Origin: Andalucia godoyi And28
Taxonomy: Eukaryota; Protista; Jakobida
DNA length: 64,000 nt
NCBI GenBank assembly: GCA_009859145.1
Contig: VRVR01000026.1
Coordinates: 1 to 64,000, forward strand
Direction: 5' to 3'
In this document: piece after piece, positions 39,397 to 49,616 of the stretch
Layout: each line of letters opens with the position of its first letter
Numbering within the stretch: the stretch's first letter is position 1
The notes under the pieces: model-generated
Told to the model about the DNA's origin: nothing
The model's database searches: none
The model's input: the letters and a program-made list of their open reading frames with translations, nothing else
Program-made: the position numbers and the translations under genes

Positions 39397-40739
39397 TTAC
39401 GAGGAGGATGAAAAGGGGATTGGATGTTGGCAGACTCCATTGTAGCCTCCAGTACACTCCACACCCAAGATCGCAACGTTTCTCGCACCATGCTGGTCAC
39501 GAGGTTGCGAATACGTGCATCCCGCGTGGGGACACTGTGCCGTTTTCACTCTGTTTCTGGCACATCTTCTGGGTGTTCAATGGCGGGAACAGGATATGAT
39601 CCGCATTCTGGCACACCGCCTTGGCAATGCGTACATGCCTATCATATTACATGTTCTGAATGCGGTGCGAAATGTTGCGCATCTTACGCCGGGCATTCCG
39701 GCTTGCCGTTTTCGACATGCGAGTCGTCTCGGTGGCGCGTTTCGATTGCAATTTCTGATAGCGTTTCTGGGGTTTGATCAGCGTCCAGGCTCGCCCTCGG
39801 AGAACTCATATTCCTTGTAATTCCCACAGCCATCATAAACAGTCTGGAAGACACGGCCTCCGCCATCGCAGCTGTTGATGACAACCATGTCCCCGGTTTT
39901 CGTCTTGGGTGGTGCCATGGATCGCGCGACTGGGACAATCAAAAAAGCATCGTCCTTGGACATAGGAAATGGAACACGTGCGCAGGCCATTGAAAACCGA
40001 GCCGCTACTGCCACCTTGGGGTTTCTCACGCTCCATCTCACGTAGCCGTCGAATTTCACGCTCCGCCTTCCTTCCTCGTTTCCACAATTTGATGGTGCTT
40101 CCGGGAATGAAAGTGGACCAGAAAGCAGCACCTTCCTCGACCGACAATTGGACGGGAGGTTTTCCACCATTCTTGGGAACCTTGAAGCTGCGATGATCGG
40201 AATGCATGTCTCGCGGTTTCACGACGAAGCGTTTCGGACAACGTCTCGTGTTCTTCGTCAGCCTGGAGTTGGAGTTCGGAAACACATGTCGATCCATCTT
40301 TCGGGATCTTGCAGGGACATTGCGTTTCTGGTAGAGGAAGACGCAGTTGTTATACGCATCGTCCCAGAGATCGAACATCTGATAAAGTTTCAACTTCTGT
40401 TCTTCGGTGGGTCCGCAGGCGAATCTTGAATGCGCACATTGCCAAACCGGGAGGTAGCTTCTTCTCGTCATCCCGCTCACATGCCTCCGATTTGGGGTTC
40501 GACTTAGACGCCTGAGGCTTCCCCCGGAGGCTCGTCTTCTGTTTTCCACGGAAACGGTTCTTCTCGTGGATTTTCTGTTTCTCGGATCTTTGGGACGTTG
40601 CTGAAGCAGCTGCGGGTTTAGGTTTCGGCTTCGCCTCGGGCTTCTTTGTTGGGAGCCGGTTTCTTTGTCTCCCTAGGAACAATCTTAAGTTTCGACAAGT
40701 TGGCTTGGATCGTGGCAGGATCGAACAAACGCACAGCAT
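39397..40739 (-). pseudogene. Fanzor2-type (TnpB-derived) RNA-guided nuclease pseudogene C
   Basis: Stitched across frames: K/P-rich N-terminus; AFKIRLR/PTEEQKLKLYQMFDLWDDAYN (HTH); FLVHFHSRK; DAFLIVPV (WED); RuvC-I SCDGGGRVFQTVYD (D at 39865-39867); helix LIKPQKRYQKLQSK; RIQNM*YDRHVRIAKAVCQNADHILFPPLNTQKM; CPHAGC; RuvC-III RDQHGARNV (about 39475-39501). Several frameshifts, an in-frame stop and an internal deletion near 39541. Confidence 0.88.
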
Positions 40740-40889
40740 CTACATCTATCTTAGGAACGTCTCGCATGCCGAGGGGCGTGTTGGGGCCTACCCCCCTTCC
40801 CAATCATGCTATGCATGTTGTTGGGTTGCAACATTGACTATGGGTGATCAGCGATGATTATCCGTGGTTAGTAGTGTACAATGTCGACG
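40705..40889 (+). mobile_element. Fanzor 3'-end copy B2 (degenerate RuvC-III, candidate omegaRNA, right end), inverted relative to Fanzor C
   Basis: Near-identical to the reverse complement of 22657-22810. SL1 40766-40779, gggg-ccta-cccc 40783-40794, 14-bp stem with GCGA loop 40837-40868; ends agtgtacaatgtcgaCG. Confidence 0.8.
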
Positions 40890-41180
40890 TACTGTCTGTT
40901 TTCTATTTCCAATTTTTATTTTATTATTATTATTTTTATTTATTTATTTTGGTTTAATTACAATATTTGTATTTAAAAAAGTCCGTGTATACAATGCTTG
41001 AATTTACCAGAGTCGTGCCCGCTGACCAACAATGCTTTTCTCCGGAGCATGAAGCTCGAGTAAAAAATAAAAAAAATTTGCATTCTGTCCCAAAACAGAA
41101 GAAAGAAAAAACAGAAGCATTGCACAGTCAAACATCAAAACAAAGAAGACGAGGACGAGGACGAAGAAGAAATGCGGGAT

Positions 41181-42398
41181 TTAGAGACGCTCGACAAGGA
41201 TAGCTGATCCTCCACCGCCACCATTGCAGATTGCGGCAACTCCGAACTGACCGTTCTTCTGGTGCAACACATTGGTGACGGTGCCGACAATCCTCGCACC
41301 GGAGCAACCGATGGGGTGTCCCATGGCAACAGCGCCTCCAAAGACATTGACGCGCGCCGGGTCAAGTCCAAGCAGCTTGTTGTTGGTAAGAGAAACAACT
41401 GCAAAGGCTTCGTTGATTTCAAAGAAGTCCACATCCTTCGGCTTCATACCCTTCTTGTTGAGCAATTTTGTGATCACGAGCTCGGGAGTCGTGGTAAACC
41501 ACTCTGGCTCGTGAGCAGCATCAGCAAACGTCACAATACGAGCAAGTGGCTTGTATCCACCCGAGCGTGCCTTCTCACCGGACATGAGAACCAGGGCCGC
41601 CGCACCATCGTTGATCTTGGACGAGTTCGCAGCAGTGACCGTCCCGTTCTTCTCAAACGCAGGCTTGAGCGTCGGGATGCGGTCATACTTTACATTCTTG
41701 ACCTCCTCGTCTTCCGAAACGATGACAGCGTCGCCCTTCTTTCCAGCAACGGACACTCCAAAGATTTCGTTCTTCAAATTTCCGTTCTTTGCAGCCTCTG
41801 TTGCACGCTTGTACGACTCGACTGCAAACGCGTCCTGGTCCTCGCGGGTAATTCCGTACTTGCGGGCAGTTGCATCTGCAAAAAACCCCATAGCGACACC
41901 CTGATACGCATCCAAGAGTCCGTCGCGCAAGATTCCGTCAAGAACTTCGCCGTGTCCGTAGCGAAGACCATTGCGCGCCTTGGGGAGATAGTATGGGATG
42001 TTGGACATGCTTTCCATTCCCCCGGCAACAATGCAGCGCGAATGTCCGGTCTGGATGGTCATTGCAGCCACCATAATTGCCTTCATTCCTGATGCACAGA
42101 CCTTGTTGATGTCAGTCGAAATCACAGAGTTTGGAAGCTCGGCAAACAGAGTCGCTTGGCGAGACGGCGCTTGGCCGGAGCCAGCACTCACTACGTTTCC
42201 CATAATAACTTCCTGGACATCCGACTTTGAGATTCCGGCGCGCTCCACAGCAGTTCGAATCGCCATCGCACCAAGCTGAGGCGCAGAAAACGACGACAGT
42301 GATCCATTGAAAGAGCCAATCGGCGTGCGCGCAATGGAGCAAATCACAACATCCGTGTCTGCAAACGTAGAAAACAAGCGGCGAGAAGCGCGGAGCAT
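41181..42398 (-). CDS. ACAT1: Mitochondrial acetyl-CoA acetyltransferase (thiolase)
   Basis: NKVCASG, GGMESMS, EINEAF, GHPIGCSG and ICNGGGG motifs; transit-peptide-like MLRASRRLFST. Confidence 0.95.
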   Translation of the reverse strand: MLRASRRLFSTFADTDVVICSIARTPIGSFNGSLSSFSAPQLGAMAIRTAVERAGISKSDVQEVIMGNVVSAGSGQAPSRQATLFAELPNSVISTDINKVCASGMKAIMVAAMTIQTGHSRCIVAGGMESMSNIPYYLPKARNGLRYGHGEVLDGILRDGLLDAYQGVAMGFFADATARKYGITREDQDAFAVESYKRATEAAKNGNLKNEIFGVSVAGKKGDAVIVSEDEEVKNVKYDRIPTLKPAFEKNGTVTAANSSKINDGAAALVLMSGEKARSGGYKPLARIVTFADAAHEPEWFTTTPELVITKLLNKKGMKPKDVDFFEINEAFAVVSLTNNKLLGLDPARVNVFGGAVAMGHPIGCSGARIVGTVTNVLHQKNGQFGVAAICNGGGGGSAILVERL

Positions 42399-42501
42399 CT
42401 TTATCTGTTTTCCTGAAATTTCAAAAATGAAATGAAAATTTTAAAAAATGAATGCCTTTTTCCAGTCCAGTCCAGTTCCACCAGCAGCAGCAGCAACAAC
42501 A

Positions 42502-42547
<46 letters not shown>

Positions 42548-42896
42548 TCAGAAGGAAACAGAAGAAGAAAGAAGAAGAAGAAGAAGAAAACAGAAACAGG
42601 AGTGCATGCGTTTGTGGGAAACAGCTTTTCGGGGTGAAATTGAACCAGACCAACGAAGCCCCGCGAGGAGAATACAACAGATGAGGGAATGATATGGTAC
42701 CCAACACAAGAGCAGGGCAAACAGGAATATTTACGGGTACGAAGCAGAGGACATTGCGCTAAGACAATAAACTGAAATGATGAATGCAGATTGAACGTGC
42801 GTTTTCACATGGCACGTGCGGTGCGACAGAAAGGGCAAAAAACAAAAAGCTCGCAAAGACAGGAGACGGGAAAGGGGGAAAATAAGCTTGTGACGA

Positions 42897-44960
42897 TCAA
42901 GTGGAGTCCGAGGGGAGAAGGATGGCAGGCTCTTCCTGCACCGGGGTTGTGGAAGTTTGCGCCTTCCACGCCTCGGAGAGCTCTCGGCATGCACGCTCGT
43001 AAGCAGTCTTGACTGCCTCTGACTGGTCCTGAATGATGCCCGCCCACTCTTCATCTGCTCGTTGTGCAATACCCTTGTGTTCACCGCGCTTCTTGAACAA
43101 CTCTGCCCGGACAACTTCACCGCGAGACCGCTGAAGTCTCAGAGCACGCAGATCGGAGTGCAGATCAGAGAAATCCCGCCCGAGCTCATCCTTCTTCTCT
43201 GTATGTAGATGATTCACATGCGCAAACACAGGCTCCATCATGGCCTCGACGGTATCTTCAATTGCCGCTGCACCTTCAAAATCGCCCTCGTCCAGTTTCA
43301 ACAGCACATTCGGCCGGTCACGGTTATAAACATCGCGGATATTCTCGTTCACCATCAGCTCGACGGCGTCGAGAAGCGAAAGACAACGCTGGATGTTTTG
43401 CAAATGTGGAACAAAGACTGCAATCATCGACGGAAACGCTTCCTCAACCGTCGTCATTTGTTTCGCCTTCGACAAAACAGTCTTTTCATTGCCTTCGTGT
43501 GACGATTTCATCTTGCTGAGAGCTTTCGAGCGCTTGGCATATTCGCTTGCAATTGACGAATAAGAATCCATCGTCTTTCGCACATCCGAGAGCAAATCAA
43601 GGTTGACATTCAACAACGGATGCACACCAATGGGGATCTCTTCGACAAACTGCCCTTCTGTTTCCGTGGAAGATTCCAGGAACCCCTTCATCTGCGCTCG
43701 GTAGGACCGAATGCTAGACACGACACTGGCCACCCATTCCCAGTACAAAACTGCCTCGGAATTCACGAGCGATGCGTCTCGAGCAAACTGTTCTTGCGCA
43801 ACCTTGCCATCATTCCACGCCTTGAATTTTCCGCAGAACTCTTTGGCAGCAGTCACAAGGTCCTTGTACACGGAAGAATTCTTGAATGCACGCAACGACA
43901 CAAGTTCCTGCATCCGTTGCCAGAGCGGACGGAACATGGACAGATCTTCAAACTCCTTGTAGGCCACGACCAACTTTAACAGCTCAATCCACTCTGACAA
44001 GGTCTGAATGCTCGCAGCCAGCGTCGGCAGCTTGATCACAAGCTTTGCCTCCTTCTTCGCGTTTGCCTTGAATGCAGATACGGATGTAGACAACTGCTTC
44101 TCGGAATTTGTTGCAGACCCCAGATTCTCCGCGAGTGACGTAAAGGCATCCAGTCGGCCATCCAGCGTATCCGAAAGGTTCTGGAACAGCTTGGTCTCGC
44201 TCTTGACGTTCTGCATGGTTGTGCTCAGCACCTGCAGTGACGACGAAACCTCCAGTTGCCGATTTGACGACCAGTTCATCATCTTATCCACCACACTCTG
44301 CTTTGCATGCGTTGCGTAGGCTTCAGAAGCCATCTGAAGCTCCTCCAGAGCTGCAACACGGGTGTGGGTGGCAGTGGGTTCATATTTTTTAAAGGCTGGC
44401 AGCCACTCTTCCCGAGAGGCAAACACCTGCGGCTTCTTTGGATCATAAAGAACATCTGTGAGCCCATTTTTCGGCCCATCGACCGCTGAGGAAGACGAAA
44501 AGAGCTCTGAGATTCCGTCCAGCAACGCATGTTCCGCATCCACAAATCCTTTGAAGCTTGGTTCCATAAGCATCTTCTGCAGATCCTTCAACTGGTCGTA
44601 TTTTTCGTTGAGCGCGTCTGAGGTCGTCTGGCCTTCTTTTTCCGTCTTGCGAGCGGTGGCAATGAGATCGTCAATCTTTGCAACGTACGTCGAGACATCG
44701 TTCGAAAGCCTGGACATGGATTCCTTGCGGTTTTCCAAGAGCTTCTTCAAAGACTCTTGAGAATTTGAGATGAGCTTGGCGAGCGAAGAGACGAGGTTCG
44801 ACAGCAGAACAGAGGACGACTTGAACTCTGCTGTGATTTCCTTCAGGTCATTTCGCGATATGTTCTGCGACGTCATCACTGCCTCGACTGTCGTTTCCGT
44901 TTCCGACACGGGACTCGTGGAAGACGGCGGCATGCTCACAGACCGACCTACACGCTGCAT
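42897..44960 (-). CDS. Hypothetical all-helical / coiled-coil protein
   Basis: 687-aa ORF with helical, charged composition; family not recognised. Confidence 0.7.
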   Translation of the reverse strand: MQRVGRSVSMPPSSTSPVSETETTVEAVMTSQNISRNDLKEITAEFKSSSVLLSNLVSSLAKLISNSQESLKKLLENRKESMSRLSNDVSTYVAKIDDLIATARKTEKEGQTTSDALNEKYDQLKDLQKMLMEPSFKGFVDAEHALLDGISELFSSSSAVDGPKNGLTDVLYDPKKPQVFASREEWLPAFKKYEPTATHTRVAALEELQMASEAYATHAKQSVVDKMMNWSSNRQLEVSSSLQVLSTTMQNVKSETKLFQNLSDTLDGRLDAFTSLAENLGSATNSEKQLSTSVSAFKANAKKEAKLVIKLPTLAASIQTLSEWIELLKLVVAYKEFEDLSMFRPLWQRMQELVSLRAFKNSSVYKDLVTAAKEFCGKFKAWNDGKVAQEQFARDASLVNSEAVLYWEWVASVVSSIRSYRAQMKGFLESSTETEGQFVEEIPIGVHPLLNVNLDLLSDVRKTMDSYSSIASEYAKRSKALSKMKSSHEGNEKTVLSKAKQMTTVEEAFPSMIAVFVPHLQNIQRCLSLLDAVELMVNENIRDVYNRDRPNVLLKLDEGDFEGAAAIEDTVEAMMEPVFAHVNHLHTEKKDELGRDFSDLHSDLRALRLQRSRGEVVRAELFKKRGEHKGIAQRADEEWAGIIQDQSEAVKTAYERACRELSEAWKAQTSTTPVQEEPAILLPSDST

Positions 44961-45219
44961 TTTTCGGGAATCGTGAAATTCTTATTTTACAACACTTGAA
45001 CTTACGTGCAATCATAAATATGGAAGGAATCAACAACAACATCAAAAAAAAAAAAAGGATCGGTAAAGAAAAGTTCAGTGGAAAAAAAAACCAGGACGCG
45101 TGTCCGATGGAGGTCAAGAAGTTGAAGTCGGGAACTGGAGGATGGAAAAAGGGAGACGGTACGCGCGTTTTGGAGGGTTTTACAGAGCACACGTGAGACT
45201 GCGGCGCGCGGCCGGGGGT

Positions 45220-45606
45220 TTATGAAATAGGACTGCACAGTTCCACGAGGACTCCGTTCAAGTCCCGGACATGCGCCACAAGTTGGCCCCACGGCTTCTT
45301 CACAGGATCCTTCACTGCAACCGCACCACTCAAGATGGCATGCTGGTACGCAGACTCAACATCCTCCGTGACAAACGCAATTTCAAAAGCAGACGGCCGA
45401 TGTTCCAACGCACTCGCAGTAAATGAGATTCCTTGCGAATGGATGAGTGATTCGGCAGCGAACGCAAGTGTTGTCGACCCAGAAGCGATCTCTCCATACG
45501 TGCTCGATTCATGCACAAACTTCTTCGTGCACTGAAACGCCTTTTCATAGAACTCCACGGCCTGCGGGACGTCGGGTACATACAGAATGATGTATCCCAG
45601 TTTCAT
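45220..45606 (-). CDS. VOC / glyoxalase-family protein, bacterial-like
   Basis: YIILYVPDVPQAVEFYEKAF, FEIAFVTEDVE and KPWGQLVAHVRDLNGVLVEL motifs. Confidence 0.9.
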   Translation of the reverse strand: MKLGYIILYVPDVPQAVEFYEKAFQCTKKFVHESSTYGEIASGSTTLAFAAESLIHSQGISFTASALEHRPSAFEIAFVTEDVESAYQHAILSGAVAVKDPVKKPWGQLVAHVRDLNGVLVELCSPIS

Positions 45607-45987
45607 GGTTACCCACTTGTCCTCTCCTTCTCTGACTCTTGAAAACGTAGACTTTGACGTCGTGGAAATGGAAACACTTTTTTTTTAAAATTATCAGAAC
45701 CGAGTTTGCATTTGGCGGAAATGAACTGCTGCTCCACTTGTCTGCGATCTGCTGCCCGGTGCCCGGGGTGCGGGTATCCGCTAGCGTTTGCCCGTGCGCG
45801 ATCACACAGCTGTCAGCATCTTTTTTCAGTTTCCGATATACATTTACAACAGTACCTGGCAAGGATAATCGATTCACAACAACAAAACAAAAACAAAAGG
45901 GGAAAAAGGAGGGGGGGGGGGGGGAAACATGGAAAGAAGGCCAGAGATGCGGTGCACAGGTTTCCCACGCAGAACGGGAACTTCGCT

Positions 45988-46869
45988 TCATGCAGTGTAT
46001 GTAATGTCCTCCACAGATGCGTCGAAGAACATGAACGGTTCGCGATTTGGTACATGCCACCCAGCAACGATTTCTCGTGGCACGCGGATTCCGTTCTTGA
46101 TGATCTCTCCGGAGAGTTCGACAACAAACGGAGCGAACCCCGGTTTATGGCCCTCTGCATCATCGCACCATCGCGTGCAGACGATGCGCTTCACCGCGCC
46201 TTCATGCGTAAACTCGTACACCATCTCGACTGTCGCTTCTGCATGAACCGGGACGCGCAATTTCGCGGAATGGTCGTCAATGGACTCCCATTCCACGTTG
46301 CCCAGCGCTGGAGTGAGCACGGTGGGCAAGAATGCGCTCATTTCCATTGCTGCTCGGCCAGCTGCAGATCGCGTGACATTCTCGTTTTGCTGGTTAACGA
46401 TCGGAAGCCAGTTCCACAGCCACCACCGCATTTCGCCCCTTTTGGAGTCGAAATCGTAACAATCAAACCCAGACATCCTGGGGGCCAGCACGTTTCCTTT
46501 TCCCACGGTCGCAATCCAGCAAAAGGACGGTGGAAACGCAGTGTACAGCATCGAATCAAACGGCATGGGCGATCCGTTTGGAGAAGTCTTCATAAATCCC
46601 TTCATTTCCACTCGTGCGGACCGGTACAGAGGAACTCCTTCTTGTACAGACCGGCGCAGAAATTTCTGCACAGGAGCCGGCAGTTCGCTCAACATGCTGT
46701 AGGTGAACACGTCGTTCGCCACCAGAGGACGCGTGCAGCTTTTACGGATCATTTGCTGCACAGATTCCTTGGCAGCGTCTCGAGATCGCAGCCATCCAAG
46801 AATGGTGGCGGATCCAACGAGAAACGCCCCAGACACAGCGATCATCATCGATCTTGCATATCCCGACAT
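45988..46869 (-). CDS. DUF6544-like protein with an N-terminal membrane anchor
   Basis: LPAPVQKFLR, MKGFMKT, FCWIA, RAAMEMSAFLPTVL and VEWESIDD match my recollection of this mainly prokaryotic family. Confidence 0.7.
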   Translation of the reverse strand: MSGYARSMMIAVSGAFLVGSATILGWLRSRDAAKESVQQMIRKSCTRPLVANDVFTYSMLSELPAPVQKFLRRSVQEGVPLYRSARVEMKGFMKTSPNGSPMPFDSMLYTAFPPSFCWIATVGKGNVLAPRMSGFDCYDFDSKRGEMRWWLWNWLPIVNQQNENVTRSAAGRAAMEMSAFLPTVLTPALGNVEWESIDDHSAKLRVPVHAEATVEMVYEFTHEGAVKRIVCTRWCDDAEGHKPGFAPFVVELSGEIIKNGIRVPREIVAGWHVPNREPFMFFDASVEDITYTA

Positions 46870-47468
46870 GTTCTGCGTTTTCCAATCAACGGCTTATTAA
46901 GTATCTTTTTTACGGAGAAAAACGATCATGAAGATGATGAAGATAAAGAATGCAGGGACACTCAACGTTCCAATTGTTATTATTTATTTTTATTTTTTAA
47001 TATTTTTTTTTGACAACATTCTTCAACATCTCTCTGAACTTCCAGTTCTTATGATCCAAATATGCACGAAACTTTCCTTCGAGCGACGAATACACGGGGG
47101 GGTGTTTTTTCTTTCTCGCTTTGCGATCGAGCATCGCGGATCATACGAAGAGCCATTCACAACGAATGACTGTCTCAAAAATGCACGCTCCTTTCTTTTC
47201 ATTTTCCGGATGCTGCGGACGGAACAATCGCGTGTTCTTTGCCTCTTTGCGTTTCCTCCGTAACGGAAAAGGCAGCCACTCCTGACACAGAAACGAACAC
47301 CTCCATGACCATCCCGCTCAACGGAAGAACTGTGCGTGGCCCGCCGGGGCTTGCAGACAGGATGACGCCAAGGTTTTGTTCAGGGATTTTGATAGTCATG
47401 CTTGACACAACCGCAACCCCCGAATACTGAGCCACGATGATTAACAACAACCGTCGACATCCAAGGAC

Positions 47469-47912
47469 CGCTGGTTAATAATACGTCATTGTCATGCATA
47501 CGGGAAGTATACATGAACAGACACGGTCAATACCGGCCGACACTCGCACGTTTGTTTCACAGGAATTCGTGCTTACGCGTAGCCATCTATCATCCGTTCA
47601 GCGCACTGCCAAGAGGCGAACTTCCAAGACACGATCTCGTATCTCCAGGTGCATCAATCGCTGCAACTGAGGACACGAAAGCGCCTGCTGCTAGGGCCGT
47701 CAGAATCAAAAAAATGCACCCTTCTCAGGAACAACGTGTCACGCTGAGAAGGTGGCTCACCGATGGATCGAGATTGGGAACGGAGCGCGGAACATCCATC
47801 TGAAGAACGCCGTGAGGCGTGTTGTGGCCGATCTCCTTTCCGGCAACGGGATGCAAGGATTGAGTATGCATGTCTATTCGTAGATGTGCATGTTCAGTGT
47901 ATAACGTAGGCG
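47469..47912 (+). mobile_element. Non-autonomous Fanzor mini-element A2 (HTH fused to RuvC-III)
   Basis: AVRIKKMHPSQEQRVTLRRWL followed by MDRDW-NGARNIHLKN, with the same deletion junction as A1. Left junction aCCG, right end acgtaggCG. Confidence 0.85.
47802..47912 (+). ncRNA. Candidate Fanzor omegaRNA scaffold of A2 (guide predicted from 47913)
   Basis: SL1 acgcc-GTGA-ggcgt (47807-47820), gccg/cggc stem, and a UUCG-capped long stem (47863-47894). Expression not shown. Confidence 0.6.
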
Positions 47913-48067
47913 CTGGGTAGATTTGTTTCAGTATTTACTGGTGTTTTTTTTTTTCCTTTTCTTTTCTTTCCTCCCTTGGTTGCAGTGCAGCAGCGACTAT
48001 CAGTACAACACAAACCTACGATTACTCCATTAAAAAAGTGACTACGCATTCCATATTAAACAACAGT

Positions 48068-49180
48068 CTACATATCAAGCATGTGATCTGCTTCATCGCG
48101 GTTGAACACAAGCTGAACGACGGCGGTGAGGGCCCAAACACCGATCAACCGTTTGCCCCATATCCCATCGACCTTGTCAAACTGACTGCAGGCGTACGCA
48201 GACACCCCGGCGCACAGGCAGACACACAGCAGTGATATGCTGTAGGATGAGAGATATTCAAATTCCCTGGTCGCCCCATAGAAGGACAAAATTGCGAGCA
48301 ACAGCGTTGTCTTGGAAATCGTTCCGCCCACCAAGTTGGAAACCGCAACATTAATGCTTGTCGTCTTTCCCTTTCTTGAGAGTGACAAAGCCTCTAAAAT
48401 CTCTGGTGCTTCCGACGCGATTGGTGCGCAGAAAAAGGACAAGACGAGCGTCGACACATGAGAAGCGTGGCCGACGGCAGTGACAGTCTTGATGAACGGC
48501 TCTGAAAAGAACCAGATCAGCGAACCGCCAACAATCAAGTAGAGAACTCCCTTTGCGAGCGACTGTTCTTCCTCTTCCTCATCGTCGTCTGAATTGTCTT
48601 CTCGCTCACGCTCCTTATCTTTCTCTCTTTCCTTTCCCTTTTCCTTTGTCTCGCTGTCATTGTGCGAGATGCCGATGCTTCCCAGCGAGCTGTTGCTTCC
48701 AGTAAGGGAAACTGTGTTGTTTGACGCGGACTTGCGAGTAAGTGTGTATACTACAAACGCAAGATACTCAAAGGTGCCAATAACGGTAATCAGCAAGGAG
48801 AACCCAGACATTATGAACAGCAGCACTCCGAGCAGCGATGCGCCGAGTATGCACGCTTGGTCCCGGACACCCCGCTGCAGAACAATCGATCCCGACGACC
48901 GAGCGGCAGAACCACACCAAATGCACGCGCCGCAGGCAACCGTCGACACCACAATCACAGAGCCAGACATTGCACCAACTGCGAATTCCGGTTTTCCAGC
49001 CTCGAGTGCAGAGATGAAAAAGATCGTCTCTGGTGCAGTGTTCAACCACGCAATCACAAACCCACCAATAATCGTCGCATCGTACTTCGACCCAAGAATT
49101 TCGCCACCTTCTGAAACACAATACGCTCCGCCAATCAGCAATCCAAGATACAGAATCAACGCCCCAAGTTCCAGAATCAT
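48068..49180 (-). CDS. Na+/Ca2+ exchanger (Ca2+:cation antiporter) superfamily protein
   Basis: Two hydrophobic halves with alpha-repeat-like motifs AWLNTAPETIF...VGAMSGS and PIASEAPEIL...SNLVGG, joined by an acidic linker. Confidence 0.8.
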   Translation of the reverse strand: MILELGALILYLGLLIGGAYCVSEGGEILGSKYDATIIGGFVIAWLNTAPETIFFISALEAGKPEFAVGAMSGSVIVVSTVACGACIWCGSAARSSGSIVLQRGVRDQACILGASLLGVLLFIMSGFSLLITVIGTFEYLAFVVYTLTRKSASNNTVSLTGSNSSLGSIGISHNDSETKEKGKEREKDKEREREDNSDDDEEEEEQSLAKGVLYLIVGGSLIWFFSEPFIKTVTAVGHASHVSTLVLSFFCAPIASEAPEILEALSLSRKGKTTSINVAVSNLVGGTISKTTLLLAILSFYGATREFEYLSSYSISLLCVCLCAGVSAYACSQFDKVDGIWGKRLIGVWALTAVVQLVFNRDEADHMLDM

Positions 49181-49616
49181 CCCTCGCTATTCACCCAGGA
49201 ACTCTCCTCAAACTGCGAACTGCAAACAAGGTACAACACACACCAACACCCTCACACTAAAACAATGAAATACGAATAAATAAACAATTGACACTGAAGA
49301 AGAAGAAAAAGATGATGATGATGATGGTGATGATGATGGTGATGGTGATGATGATGATGATGAAAGAGAAAAAGGAAGGGCAGACAGATGCAGCATGAGT
49401 GGGGACTGCACAAAGAGGGTTTCACGATTCATCAGACATCCGCGGCCCGCTGACTGTAGCGGTGCGCCACATTTCGCTCATGGGCAGTGCATTGTTTGCT
49501 CTCAAGAGACAAAAGGTGGATTCTTTTGGATTTGTCTATCATGATTGTCATCATCATCATCACAATAATAATAATAATAATAATAATAATAGACAAAGCA
49601 GAGAGAGCGCGAGAGA

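Noticed and set aside
39355-39455. Alternative RuvC-III candidates (YLRGAENT, GGYNGVC) in Fanzor C
   Set aside because: A much better match, CPHAGC...RDQHGARNV, lies at about 39475-39535; these are downstream text.
39625-39660. In-frame TAA in the Fanzor pseudogene as a sign of stop-codon reassignment
   Set aside because: Conserved genes in the window end normally at TAA, TAG or TGA and have no internal stops.
45706-47013. 435-aa plus-strand ORF
   Set aside because: Antisense shadow of the DUF6544-like gene, with ends in low-complexity spacer DNA.
47452-47460. CGTCGACAT as the left terminus of A2, matching the B2 end
   Set aside because: The same 8-10-mer occurs in unrelated places (25432, about 48450, 48942, 50567, 63472), and A1/A2 homology starts later, at aCCG.
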